In this document: positions 19,577-29,114 of the stretch, piece by piece
Layout: each line of letters begins with the position of its first letter
Numbering within the stretch: the stretch's first letter is position 1
IMG/VR virus record: IMGVR_UViG_3300005253_000063
Coordinates: 54,355 to 118,354 of that record
Length of the DNA stretch: 64,000 nucleotides
DNA from: a virus
Strand: one strand, 5' to 3'
Notes under the pieces: model-generated
The model's input: only the letters and a program-made list of their open reading frames with translations
Told to the model about the DNA's origin: nothing
Databases searched by the model: none
Made by a program: the position numbers and the translations under genes

Positions 19577-20359
19577 GTGTCGAAGCGTAGGAACAAACAG
19601 CCGCGCCGCACACCGCGCGATGCGCCATGGACTCCGTTCTATCAGTGCGACCACTACACGGACGGAGCCGGCAACAAGACGGCGCTGCCCACGGGCGCGG
19701 TCTATCTGCGCAACAACCACTACCAGGTCGACCTCCGCGTCATGGAGTCGAAGGAACCCTTCGGTCGAGTCGTGTGGCTCTCGATCAAGCGTAACGACCG
19801 TAAGACGATACACGACTGGCGCGACCTGCAGCGCATTAAGACGGAAGTCCTCGGTGCGGAGATCGAGGCGATCGAGTTGTATCCCGCGGAGTCACGACAC
19901 GTGGACACGTCGAACCAGTATTGCCTCTGGTGCTTCATGGACGGCTACCGCTTTCCGTATGGCTACCAGGAGCGTTTGCTCATGGACAAGGATCGCGGTG
20001 ACGGTCCGCCCGAGCTGAGCTTGTCGCAGCAACGACCGTGGCGCTACCACGAGCGACCGGATGACGTCCTCTCGATGGGCGAAGTGATGAGGCAGTACGT
20101 GAAGGACAAGGACTTCGGCGCCCGCGTGGACGGGCTGCCCGCAACAACCAAGGAGGCTGGAGATGGCAAAGGTGCAGTCGAAGAAGTGCAACGAGTGCGA
20201 GGTTCGAAAACCCGTGGGCTCGTTCGACAAACACAAGAACGCGAAGGACGGCTACCGGGCGACGTGCAAGAAGTGCCGCGGCGGAATGAAGGCAAAGGCC
20301 AAGCCGAAGCGCAAGATGTCGCAAGGGCAGAAGGTCACGCTCGCGAACAAGATGACTAA
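19577..20359 (+). CDS. conserved phage hypothetical protein
   Basis: LSIKRND...DWRDLQRIK..LG.E.EAIELYPAESR.VD..N motif, widespread in phages. Confidence 0.7.
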   Translation: MSKRRNKQPRRTPRDAPWTPFYQCDHYTDGAGNKTALPTGAVYLRNNHYQVDLRVMESKEPFGRVVWLSIKRNDRKTIHDWRDLQRIKTEVLGAEIEAIELYPAESRHVDTSNQYCLWCFMDGYRFPYGYQERLLMDKDRGDGPPELSLSQQRPWRYHERPDDVLSMGEVMRQYVKDKDFGARVDGLPATTKEAGDGKGAVEEVQRVRGSKTRGLVRQTQEREGRLPGDVQEVPRRNEGKGQAEAQDVARAEGHAREQDD

Positions 20360-20495
20360 CGGAAGCGGTGACGAGCACCCGCTCGCGAGTTCGTTGCGCA
20401 AGCTCTACCGCAAGGGCGTGCGCCGGGTCGAGTTCGACGATAAGGGAGTCGCCAAGCTCGAACTCATCTCGACCGAAGTCGTGCGCGGACTGTAG
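20163..20495 (+). CDS. small basic Zn-finger protein
   Basis: KKCNECEVRKP..F......DGYRATCKKC; own GGAGGCTGG RBS. Confidence 0.65.
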   Translation: MAKVQSKKCNECEVRKPVGSFDKHKNAKDGYRATCKKCRGGMKAKAKPKRKMSQGQKVTLANKMTNGSGDEHPLASSLRKLYRKGVRRVEFDDKGVAKLELISTEVVRGL

Positions 20496-20570
20496 GACGG
20501 CTGCGCAGGTCGGCTCGATCGTCGGGCCAACCGCCGGAGCAATCCTGCTCATCTGGGAAGGAGGCTGGAG

Positions 20571-20963
20571 ATGTCACAACTCCAAGACGTACGCCTGCGC
20601 GGAGTCGCCACTGATGACTTCCGTCGCAGCGAGAAGACGATGTTCGATCGTTGGCGGAAGAAGAACCGCAGCATCAAGTTCGGTCCGAACGATGCGGTGA
20701 TGTTCGTGTCGGGCACGGGTAACCAGATCGTGTTCGTGTTTCGCCCGGTGACGATCGACAACTCGGAGCACAAGGGTAGCGACGAGTACGAGGTCACGCC
20801 CTCGCGAAGGTTGCGGCTCGATGGCGGCACCTGGCACCCGTGGATGATTCAGAAGTACGCGGAGCAGCTTGGGCTGCACGCCGACGGCATCAAGCCGTTT
20901 GAGGCGCACTTCAACGAGTGGCAGGAGCGCAAGCGTCGCCGCCGCAGGAGACGACGGGGGTGA
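20571..20963 (+). CDS. hypothetical protein, remote similarity to IS66 Orf2 (TnpB_IS66)
   Basis: ATDDFRRS..GPNDAVMFVS..GNQI..RLRLDGGTW aligns by eye with the IS66 Orf2 pattern TDMRK..DPF.G..FVF...D.IK..KRLE.G.F.W. Confidence 0.4.
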   Translation: MSQLQDVRLRGVATDDFRRSEKTMFDRWRKKNRSIKFGPNDAVMFVSGTGNQIVFVFRPVTIDNSEHKGSDEYEVTPSRRLRLDGGTWHPWMIQKYAEQLGLHADGIKPFEAHFNEWQERKRRRRRRRRG

Positions 20964-21276
20964 CACGATCCCTCTCATCGCGACCCTGCCCGCGTCATCC
21001 GCGAGCAGCTCCCCTAGAACTGGGTCCGCACACGCGGAGTCCCGTTTCAGGGGGTCCCGCCCAGCGCGACTACAGGGGTTCCAGGGGGACCCCACGAGGG
21101 CGGGCTGTGCTGGGTCCCAGCGTGGGGTCCCCTGTGAGACGCAATGATGCGGCCCTCGTGCGGGCAACCCGCTGTGTCGCAGTACAGAGCGTCGACGGAG
21201 CCGTTAGACCCCGCCGCGGATCCGGGGGGCCTGTGGATCCGCATTGTAAGTGCGCTTACATTTCACAGGGGGCCGC

Positions 21277-21624
21277 GTGAGCCGGCGCAAACGAGGCGAG
21301 GAACCCACGCTCGCGGAGGTCTTCGCAGGGGCCTTTCGCGACATAGGCACGCGTGGCTACGAGCCCGACTGGTCCGAGCGCGCGACGTCGGAGCAGATCG
21401 CGAAGCTTGACGACAAGCGCAGGGGCGTCACCGCGGAACAGGATGCAGTGCGTCGACTCGCGGGTCGATGCGAAGCGTGCGGCCACGCCGAGGTCGACCA
21501 CGTCGAGGTGTGGACTGTCGACATGCGAGTTGAACAACTCGCGCTCGGCCTCGACCGCTCCTCGGGTAGCGCGTTCATCTGCTCCGTGGGCAACTGCCGT
21601 TGTACGGAGTCGGTGAAAGAATGA
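21277..21624 (+). CDS. hypothetical Zn-binding protein
   Basis: CEACGH..H, C....C.C; internal DAVRRL. Confidence 0.55.
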   Translation: MSRRKRGEEPTLAEVFAGAFRDIGTRGYEPDWSERATSEQIAKLDDKRRGVTAEQDAVRRLAGRCEACGHAEVDHVEVWTVDMRVEQLALGLDRSSGSAFICSVGNCRCTESVKE

Positions 21625-21864
21625 AGCTCTACGAGACCGAAGTCCGCATCCTGGTCTACTCGATCGCGGAGTCGGAAGAAGAGGCGCGCAGGCGTGCGCT
21701 GGAGTTCGCCGATATTGAACTAATGAAGGGGCGCGGCGACGCGTTCATGACCACGCCGATCAGCGAGGTCGATGAGATCGTACTGCCGTGGCCGGACGAG
21801 CGTCCGTACGGCAGCAACAAGAGTTTGACCTGCGCCCAATGGGTGCGGAGGCTGGAGAGACCCG

Positions 21865-22329
21865 ATGCCAAAGAAGACACTGAAGCAGGCTGAGCGCGAG
21901 CTAGCGAAAGCGCTCGGCCGTCTGGATGAGTACCAAGGGATCGTCGGGCGACGCAACGCGCGCAAGGCGGTCGCGAAAGCGCTGCGCTCAGTTCGCAACG
22001 TGGTCGATCGCGACTTCGCTCCGATCCGCGGTAGGGCCAAGAAGCGTCTGTCGGGTAAGCCTGCTGACGTGCAGCGCCGCTTCCATCGCCGGATGGAGGA
22101 GCTTGACTACGACCCCGTGCCTTCGGACGCAGCCTTGATGGGGATGCTCGTGAAGGCAAAGGTTCCCATGAAGGTCGAGCCGGGAACTAGCGGTATGGAA
22201 ATTTGGATCCCGCATTGGGTTCTTATGATCCCGCACCACGCGCGCACCGTGTCCCGGCTGCGCAAGCTCGCGAAGTCGCCGAACGACCGCAGAGTCTGGC
22301 TTGCGCGCAAAGCGTTGGAGAAGGAGTAA
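21865..22329 (+). CDS. basic hypothetical protein
   Basis: RBS GGAG, operon context. Confidence 0.55.
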   Translation: MPKKTLKQAERELAKALGRLDEYQGIVGRRNARKAVAKALRSVRNVVDRDFAPIRGRAKKRLSGKPADVQRRFHRRMEELDYDPVPSDAALMGMLVKAKVPMKVEPGTSGMEIWIPHWVLMIPHHARTVSRLRKLAKSPNDRRVWLARKALEKE

Positions 22330-22332
22330 GCC

Positions 22333-22905
22333 GTGGCAGACCCGGACGACCTTGACGAGTTCGACGACATCGCGCGGGTGGCTGCGCGCGTTGCGCGGAA
22401 GTACAAACGCACCTATTGGTGGAGCGAGGAGGAGGACCTGCGTCAGGAGGCGTGGGCCGCACTGCTCAAGGCAGTCCACCATTGGGATCCGCGCGTGGGT
22501 GCTCCCCTCGAAGCGTATCTTTGGCGCGCTGCGAACTACGCGCTGCGACCGTTCGTGTGGAAGAACGCCTCGATCGCAAGCGCGTCCTATCGACAGCTCG
22601 CCGAGCTGTTCAAGCACCACCGCGCGCAGCTCAACGAATCGATCGTGGACCCCGCGCCGTCGGCAGACGAGGTCATCGAGGAGGCGCGTTGGCGGCGCGC
22701 GATCCGCAAGGAGCTTGCGCGCATCTTCGCGAGCGACAAAGATGGTAGTCTCGCGGAGGCCGTGCTCATGGCGGGGTACAAACCGTTGCAGGTTGCTCAC
22801 GTCTTGGATGTCCCGGTACAACGTGTCTACAGCGCGAGCGCACAGATACGCCGACGCATCGAATCCGACTACACCCTCTTCAAGCTCTGGAGGAACAACA
22901 CGTGA
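22333..22905 (+). CDS. phage sigma-70 family sigma factor
   Basis: Region 2 EEEDLRQEAWAALLKAVHHWDPRVGAPLEAYLW; region 4 HTH QVAHVLDVPVQRVY. Confidence 0.8.
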   Translation: MADPDDLDEFDDIARVAARVARKYKRTYWWSEEEDLRQEAWAALLKAVHHWDPRVGAPLEAYLWRAANYALRPFVWKNASIASASYRQLAELFKHHRAQLNESIVDPAPSADEVIEEARWRRAIRKELARIFASDKDGSLAEAVLMAGYKPLQVAHVLDVPVQRVYSASAQIRRRIESDYTLFKLWRNNT

Positions 22906-23549
22906 AGATTGCACTGGGACCAGAGACGCACGTCGTCGACGTTCGCTTGGACACGATCGATGAAGCGCCCGACAACCCCAACGTCATGGAGCCCGAGATG
23001 TACGTGCGGCTCGTCGAAGCGATCCGTCGGTTCGGGTTCCTGCAGCCGGTTCTCTTGAAAGAGACGGAGAACGATCGCTTCGAGATCGTGGACGGACATC
23101 ACCGCATCCGCGCAGCGCGCGAGCTGGAGTACGAGTTCGTTTCCGCGGTCGTGGTCGACCAGGAGGATGACGCACACGCACTGGCCGAGGTGCTGCGGGT
23201 CGGGATGAACAAGCTGCGCGGCGAGCTGGACCTCTCCGGGGTCGGGCGCATCCTGGCTGACCTGGAGAAGAACGGTTGGGCAATGGACGACCTCGTGCTC
23301 AGCGGTTTCAACGAGAGCGAGATCAACGACCTGATCGACACGGTGACGCGCGACCCGGGTGAGGACCTCTCCGGTATGGGAGGCGCTCCGCCACCCGACC
23401 TCGACCCGCCGCCACCGCGTCCCTTCCTCATCGAGATCCTGTTCTCGTCACGCGAGGAGTACCAGCAAGCCCGGAAAGGTCTGCGCCGCGCGGCGGGCAA
23501 GGGCAACGAACTGTCTGTGGGATTGCTGCGATTGCTGGGCGAACAGTGA
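22902..23549 (+). CDS. ParB/Srx N-terminal domain protein
   Basis: NPN, IRRFGFLQPV, IVDGHHRIRAA, NKLRG. Confidence 0.85.
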   Translation: MKIALGPETHVVDVRLDTIDEAPDNPNVMEPEMYVRLVEAIRRFGFLQPVLLKETENDRFEIVDGHHRIRAARELEYEFVSAVVVDQEDDAHALAEVLRVGMNKLRGELDLSGVGRILADLEKNGWAMDDLVLSGFNESEINDLIDTVTRDPGEDLSGMGGAPPPDLDPPPPRPFLIEILFSSREEYQQARKGLRRAAGKGNELSVGLLRLLGEQ

Positions 23550-23597
23550 TAGCGCACAACTAGCGAAACAAGCATACTCAGCGGAGAGGAGACAGTA

Positions 23598-23843
23598 ATG
23601 ACTCGACGCTCGAAGCAAGCAGAGTTTCTACGAACGAAAGGCTACGTCCGCGCGACCAAGGCCGCGCAACTCGTCCGAGTATCACCGTCCGCCATCTACC
23701 GGATGCTGGAGCAGGAGACGCTCGACGGCACGAAGATCGGGGGCCGGTGGTACGTCACGCTCAAGTCGCTCATCGAATACTGTGGCTCGGCTGCGAAGGA
23801 GTTCGGTCTGCTGGAGCTGCAGCGGAAGGCGCGGGCCCGGTAG
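23598..23843 (+). CDS. excisionase-like HTH DNA-binding protein
   Basis: AAQLVRVSPSAIYRML...KIGGRWYV. Confidence 0.75.
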   Translation: MTRRSKQAEFLRTKGYVRATKAAQLVRVSPSAIYRMLEQETLDGTKIGGRWYVTLKSLIEYCGSAAKEFGLLELQRKARAR

Positions 23844-24186
23844 TGTCCAAGGTGCTCGGCACAACCCGGGACGGTAGGGCGCGGTTTCACGCGAGCGGGT
23901 GGGACGTTCAGCGTGTCACGGTGCGACATGGCGTGCTCGTATGCAACCAATGCGGGCACGAACACGAGTGCGACGATGAGCTGTGCTTCTTCTTTCATCC
24001 GCAGCGGGGACAAGGACCGTGGGTCTGCCCAGGCGAATGCTACGTCGAGCAGGTTGAGAGTGCCGCACGCTATCGTCTCGCGACCGAGTCGTTTCGCCGA
24101 CTCGGGGGTGCCGGGAGATTCCCGGACGAGGACGAGGTCGAAGACGATCCCTTACACACCGGCATCTTCACCAAGGTTGGTGCCTA

Positions 24187-25575
24187 GTGTGGCTGGAAGC
24201 TAATAACTTGCACGCGCGGGTCGTGCGCGCAACGCGAGAAGACCGGCGTTGGTTGCACGGCTACCTCTCGTTCGAAGATACGAGCGCGCACTACCGCAAG
24301 GGTGGGGGTGGCGGACGGACGTCGCTTTACAACCTCATCGCTGACTCGTTCCCCGCGGGACTCATCTCGCTCGTCATCCGCGGTGCAAAGGCCGAGGGCA
24401 TGCAGGTGCAGATCATTGACAAGCGTACGTGCCCCGCGCCACGCGATCCCAACGCGGACCTGGCCTGGCTACGCGACTACCAGGAGGACGCAGTCGAAGC
24501 TAGCGCTCGCAGGACGCGTGGCATTCTCTGGATGCCGACCGGCTCGGGCAAAGGGGAAATAGTGCTCGGCCTTGTGCGCGCGATGCCCTGCAACTGGCTG
24601 TTCGTGGTCCACCGCTCCGGGTTGATGTATGACATCGCGGACCGATACGAAAAACGGAACTCACTCGAAGCAGCTGGCCGCATCGGCGATGGGAAGTGGG
24701 AGTCTGCGGACCCGAGCGGCGCGAGCGGAGCCTCTCTCACGTGTGCGACGTTTCAGACTTTGAGTAAGGCATACGGCACCCCGCAGTTCGCACAGCTCGC
24801 GAACTCTGCCCAGGGCCTCATCGTTGACGAAGCGCACTGTTTGCCAGCCGCGTCGTTTTGGCGCGTCGCGATGCAGATGCGGAACGCGTACTACCGGATC
24901 GCGATGAGCGGCACACCGCTCGCGCGCGGTGACAGGAAGAGCCTGTACACGGTCGCCGCAATGGGCTCGGTCATCTATCGCATCAAGCCGGACGTGTTGA
25001 TCGCTGCAGGCGTGCTCGCGAAGCCGCGCATCAAGTTGGTGCCCTGCTTCCAAACGAGCGACCGGCCCACGTGGCAGGGCGTGTACGGCGAGTGCATCGT
25101 ACGATCGAAGCGCCGCAACCGGCTTGTTACCGAAGCCGCGAAGCGTGCGAAGGCGCCGATGCTCATCTTCGTCAAGGAGATCAAGCACGGCAAGCTGCTC
25201 CGCACGATGCTCGAAGACGCGAACATCCAGACCGACTTCGTCTGGGGTTCGGACTCGCAGCGGTCCCGCGAGCGTTCGGTCGAACGACTGGAGCGCGGCG
25301 ACATCGATGCGATCGTTTGCTCGGTCGTCTTCCAGGAGGGCATCGACATCCCTTCGCTGGAGTCGGTCGTTGTTGCCAGCGGTGGGCAGAGTGTCATCGC
25401 TACGCTGCAACGCATCGGTCGCGGGATGCGAACCGACCAAGGACGTAAGACGACGTTTGAAGTATGGGACCTCGACGACCGTGGGCAGAAGTGGTTGGAG
25501 AAGCACAGCCGCGCTCGGTCTCGCGCGTACCGTTCGGAAGGCTACGAAGTCGTAGTCGAATCGGTGGCCGCGTGA
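24187..25575 (+). CDS. superfamily 2 DExH helicase (UvsW/XPB-like)
   Basis: LRDYQ, PTGSGK, DEAH, SGTP, EGIDIP, QRIGRGMR. Confidence 0.92.
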   Translation: MWLEANNLHARVVRATREDRRWLHGYLSFEDTSAHYRKGGGGGRTSLYNLIADSFPAGLISLVIRGAKAEGMQVQIIDKRTCPAPRDPNADLAWLRDYQEDAVEASARRTRGILWMPTGSGKGEIVLGLVRAMPCNWLFVVHRSGLMYDIADRYEKRNSLEAAGRIGDGKWESADPSGASGASLTCATFQTLSKAYGTPQFAQLANSAQGLIVDEAHCLPAASFWRVAMQMRNAYYRIAMSGTPLARGDRKSLYTVAAMGSVIYRIKPDVLIAAGVLAKPRIKLVPCFQTSDRPTWQGVYGECIVRSKRRNRLVTEAAKRAKAPMLIFVKEIKHGKLLRTMLEDANIQTDFVWGSDSQRSRERSVERLERGDIDAIVCSVVFQEGIDIPSLESVVVASGGQSVIATLQRIGRGMRTDQGRKTTFEVWDLDDRGQKWLEKHSRARSRAYRSEGYEVVVESVAA

Positions 25576-25820
25576 TCGAAGTTCCCGCGCGCATCGTCTG
25601 CGACACCGAGGGTTGTGACGCGAGCGAGGACATCGTTCTTCGCAGCAAGGCCGGATCGAATTACCTCGCGGTTCGGAAGGGAATCTGGGACGAGGGGATG
25701 ACGTTGCCACCCGAGTGGGCGGCTATCTGGTCGAAGAGCGAGAACTGCGAGTACATCCAATGCCCGACGTGTGCGAAGACGTATGACGCGCGCAAGCGTT
25801 TGGAAAAGACAACGGCATAG
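25572..25820 (+). CDS. small Zn-binding protein, DAxxRL motif
   Basis: CDTEGC...CPTC, ends YDARKRLEKTTA. Confidence 0.6.
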   Translation: MIEVPARIVCDTEGCDASEDIVLRSKAGSNYLAVRKGIWDEGMTLPPEWAAIWSKSENCEYIQCPTCAKTYDARKRLEKTTA

Positions 25821-25821
25821 C

Positions 25822-25850
25822 AAAAGGGCCCCGGTTCCCCGGAGCCCTTC
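25822..25850 (-). terminator. intrinsic terminator between convergent operons
   Basis: Hairpin AAGGGC-CCCGG/CCGG-AGCCCTT with a T-run on the minus strand. Confidence 0.65.
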
Positions 25851-25869
25851 CGCACGAGCGCGGCGGTCG

Positions 25870-26217
25870 CTACTTCGCCTGCTGGTCGAGTGCTGCCCGC
25901 ACCCAATCGCTCAAGGTCATGCCTGCAGCCTTGGCCGCTGCGTGCCATTGTGCGAGCTGGTGCTTGTAGCAGTTCACAAGCATCTGCGCATCGCGTGGTG
26001 TGGACTTCTTGCGGAGTCGCAGCGGCAGCTCGATGTCGTTCTTCTCGAACCAGTTCTTCGCTGTTGTCTTGCCGATGCGCTTGAAGTCGTCGTCCTGGTG
26101 CACGATCCAGCGGCGACCCGCCGTGAGGTACATCGTCGAGCCGGTGGCCCGCCACTTGGTTGCGCGGACTGGGTTGAACCGTCCGCCGCCTTTGATATGG
26201 ACTTGGATGCTCGCCAT
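25870..26217 (-). CDS. protein with C-terminal RHH-like DNA-binding domain
   Basis: WHAAAKAAGMTLSDWVRAAL. Confidence 0.65.
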   Translation of the reverse strand: MASIQVHIKGGGRFNPVRATKWRATGSTMYLTAGRRWIVHQDDDFKRIGKTTAKNWFEKNDIELPLRLRKKSTPRDAQMLVNCYKHQLAQWHAAAKAAGMTLSDWVRAALDQQAK

Positions 26218-26230
26218 CGGCTTTACCTCC

Positions 26231-26476
26231 CTACGCACAGACGCGCTGTTGACTATGGATGCCATTGTAGATTGTGATCGAGCCATAGACTTTGCCGTGA
26301 TGCGACACGTTGTAGAGCATCTCATCGCGGGCCTTGCGCACGATCCAGCCGCGGCCGTACTTTGTGCGGACGTGTTGCTTCGCGAATGCGAGCGCCTCGC
26401 GAGCGGAGTTGAAGCCATGCTCCGTGTAGAGCCCATCACTATCGCCGAACATGCAAAACTGTACTCGGTGTTTCAT
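26231..26476 (-). CDS. hypothetical protein
   Basis: RBS GGAG; operon context. Confidence 0.55.
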   Translation of the reverse strand: MKHRVQFCMFGDSDGLYTEHGFNSAREALAFAKQHVRTKYGRGWIVRKARDEMLYNVSHHGKVYGSITIYNGIHSQQRVCA

Positions 26477-26488
26477 GGTCCGTCTCCC

Positions 26489-26869
26489 TTACGCGAACGC
26501 GCGGTGGTTATGGTTGTGGTTGTCCTCGACCGCTTCGTGTACGCGGGACCCGAGCCCCGAACGATCGACCCAGCGTGCAGACGTGCGCTCGACCAGCTCC
26601 CGTACGAACGACTTGGGCGTGTAACCGTGTTTGCTGATCGCGCTGCGCACGTCCTTGTCGGCCTGCCGCGACACCACGCCGTGGCACTCGCGCGGTGCGT
26701 ACCACGCGTCCACGTCGTCGTGCGCTTCGACCTCTCCAAACATGATGCCGAGAATGTCGCTCGCGCAACGGCTGAGCTTGAAGCTCGGGTGGTGCGCTAA
26801 TCGAAGGACGTACTGCGTGGGCAGGTCCGCCGTGAGCGCGAGGAATGCGATGAAGTTGTGTGTCGTCAT
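26489..26869 (-). CDS. hypothetical protein
   Basis: ATG 26869 preceded by hairpin + GGAGGCTGG leader. Confidence 0.6.
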   Translation of the reverse strand: MTTHNFIAFLALTADLPTQYVLRLAHHPSFKLSRCASDILGIMFGEVEAHDDVDAWYAPRECHGVVSRQADKDVRSAISKHGYTPKSFVRELVERTSARWVDRSGLGSRVHEAVEDNHNHNHRAFA

Positions 26870-26949
26870 TGTGCCAGCCTCCTGTTGGTTGGAGCAGAAG
26901 CGCTCCTTCACACGCACCCCGTGACCGCGATGCGTGCTGAGGAACATCC

Positions 26950-27189
26950 CTACTGACCCGTCCCGACACGTGCGTCTTCGAGTGCGTCTTCGATGGCTGC
27001 GTGCGCGTCCATCACGATATCGATGTACAGCTCTTCTGCCTCGTCCAGCCCGCCGTCGATCAACGCGACCGACGCCTTGTGCCAATCGGCCGACAGGTCG
27101 TGGTACATGCGAACGTTAACGCGGCGAACCTTGCGGAGCGCATCGCGTGCCTGCTGCTTCGTACTGAGAACGTCTTGTCGTATCGTCAT
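26950..27189 (-). CDS. hypothetical helical protein
   Basis: ATG after AGG RBS. Confidence 0.55.
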   Translation of the reverse strand: MTIRQDVLSTKQQARDALRKVRRVNVRMYHDLSADWHKASVALIDGGLDEAEELYIDIVMDAHAAIEDALEDARVGTGQ

Positions 27190-27193
27190 GGTC

Positions 27194-28018
27194 CTAGTTT
27201 CCTTTCGTGTTGAGGACGCGGTCCAGTTCGCTTGCGACCCACTTGACGGGGTCGCTGCGGAGCACGGAGTCCGACAGGTGACCGCGACCGAAGACGATGT
27301 CGTTCGGTCCTGCGCCGAGGATCTCGCGTGCGACCGTGTTGCCCTGGTAGCTCTCGCCCCAAGCGATGCAACCAGCCTTCGGTGCCTTCGCAACGTCGTG
27401 GGTGATGCGGAATGCGAAGTCCCGCATGAACGCGGAGTGCCCAATGACTGCGCCCGCGAGTGCCCAGTTGACAGGCTTCAGTCCGAGAGGGACCTTCACG
27501 AGTACGTCCTGCCGCCTGATCCTGAAGTACGTGAACGCGATGACTTCGACCGGACGCTGCTTTGACAGGCAATGCGCGAACGCGAGCAACGCGAGTCCGC
27601 GTTTCTCTACATCCTTCGCATCGACGCCACCGCTGCAGCCGATGTCAACATACACGCGGACCGGAGCCTTCGCGTCAACGACCTTGACCTTGCGCGAGAA
27701 CGGCTTCTGCGAACCCGCGAGGTACGCGGAGACCCGAACGCGCCCACCCGCGACCACGTTGCGTTTGCGACGGCGGGGGTTCTCAACCTTCACCGTGCGG
27801 CTAACCTTCTCTGCAAATTCGCGTGCCCGCTTCACCTGATTCAACGCGCCGCGCTCCAGCATGTCCTGGCACTCCGCAGCGGTCGCTCCGACAAACTCGC
27901 TGTCCTCGTTAATCGTGATGCGGGTGCGCAGGTCGCGCGATACACCAGCCAGCTTCGTTGCGGGGATCTTTACGACCTTCAGCTGTTTGATCGTGGGGTG
28001 CTTGTCGATGCGGTACAT
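27194..28018 (-). CDS. VWA-like partner of AAA ATPase
   Basis: GGRVRVSAYLAG, VYVDIGCSGG (degenerate MIDAS); coupled to the AAA gene. Confidence 0.6.
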   Translation of the reverse strand: MYRIDKHPTIKQLKVVKIPATKLAGVSRDLRTRITINEDSEFVGATAAECQDMLERGALNQVKRAREFAEKVSRTVKVENPRRRKRNVVAGGRVRVSAYLAGSQKPFSRKVKVVDAKAPVRVYVDIGCSGGVDAKDVEKRGLALLAFAHCLSKQRPVEVIAFTYFRIRRQDVLVKVPLGLKPVNWALAGAVIGHSAFMRDFAFRITHDVAKAPKAGCIAWGESYQGNTVAREILGAGPNDIVFGRGHLSDSVLRSDPVKWVASELDRVLNTKGN

Positions 28019-29076
28019 CAGTTGACTCCTTCGAGCGCGTGATTCTGGTCGAAGTCTGAGAAACACGACAGCCCGACATCGTATGCAGCCTCGCGCACCG
28101 GAACTCCGCACGACACTGCGCGACAGAGCGCGTAGGTTCGTCGCGGACCCCAGGTCGTCTCGACACCGTAGCGTTCCAGGTTCTTCCGAATCTTCCAGCT
28201 CGCCTTGACGGACTGCTCGCTGCCCGGAGTTTTCGCAAGAGCAATCGCGCGCTCGGTCGGCTCGTGCAGACCCCAGTGATACTTAATTTCGAACCGGTCG
28301 ATCAGCGCGCCGTCCTGAGCCTGCCGCGCGCTGTACTGCATGGTCGCGCCTTCGCCCGTGGTGTTCGCAGTTGCGATTACGATCTTGTCGTCCGCAATTT
28401 CGACTTGCCCCATCGGGAAGACCGCCACGCCGTTCGCTAGTACCGCATTCATTGAGACCAGCGCGCCCGGGTCGTTGCCGTCAATCTCGTCCATGAGGAG
28501 CACGGCTTTGCCTTCGTAGGTGGCCCATCGGTACAGCTCGGTCTCGTGGTACACGCCGTTCGCGTCAAACGACCCGAACAGTTCGTACTTGTCATCGACC
28601 GGAGTGAGGATGAACAGCTTCCATCCGAGGTCCGCGCAAATCATCTTGACCGCTGTGGTCTTGCCGAGTCCCGCGTCACCCGTGATCCAGATGCGCGTCA
28701 CGCCGCCTTCGATGTACTGATGGAGGCGCTGGAACTTCGGATGCTCGATGCGACCGTTGTTCTCGATCGCTTCCTCGGCCTCGAACTCGATCGAGTCCTC
28801 GCCTTCGGCATCGACCATGGAGGGAACCTCATCCGCGGAGATCGCCGAGAACAGGAACGGGCGCTTGTTGACCGCGCCCTTCACCAGCTCCGCTTGCATC
28901 AGCGCGCGGAGCGCCTTGTGCACACGCCCCCGGCTCACACCAATTGCGATCGAGATGTCGGGAACGATGCTCGCGCTGCCCCGGCCCTGCAGGTGTGTGA
29001 GGACCGTCATCTCGACCGTGCTGAAGTGGGGGGAGTACGTGCCGTCTGCGTTCTGTCGGATGTTCTCGATGTACAT
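28018..29076 (-). CDS. CobS/CbbQ-like AAA+ ATPase with N-terminal winged HTH
   Basis: GDAGLGKT, LMDEID, TANT.G.G, DRF; N-terminal ISIAIGVSRGRVHKALRAL. Confidence 0.85.
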   Translation of the reverse strand: MYIENIRQNADGTYSPHFSTVEMTVLTHLQGRGSASIVPDISIAIGVSRGRVHKALRALMQAELVKGAVNKRPFLFSAISADEVPSMVDAEGEDSIEFEAEEAIENNGRIEHPKFQRLHQYIEGGVTRIWITGDAGLGKTTAVKMICADLGWKLFILTPVDDKYELFGSFDANGVYHETELYRWATYEGKAVLLMDEIDGNDPGALVSMNAVLANGVAVFPMGQVEIADDKIVIATANTTGEGATMQYSARQAQDGALIDRFEIKYHWGLHEPTERAIALAKTPGSEQSVKASWKIRKNLERYGVETTWGPRRTYALCRAVSCGVPVREAAYDVGLSCFSDFDQNHALEGVN

Positions 29077-29114
29077 GCTGCCAGCCTTTCGTTGAGTTTG
29101 TGGGTTCTTTCCCA

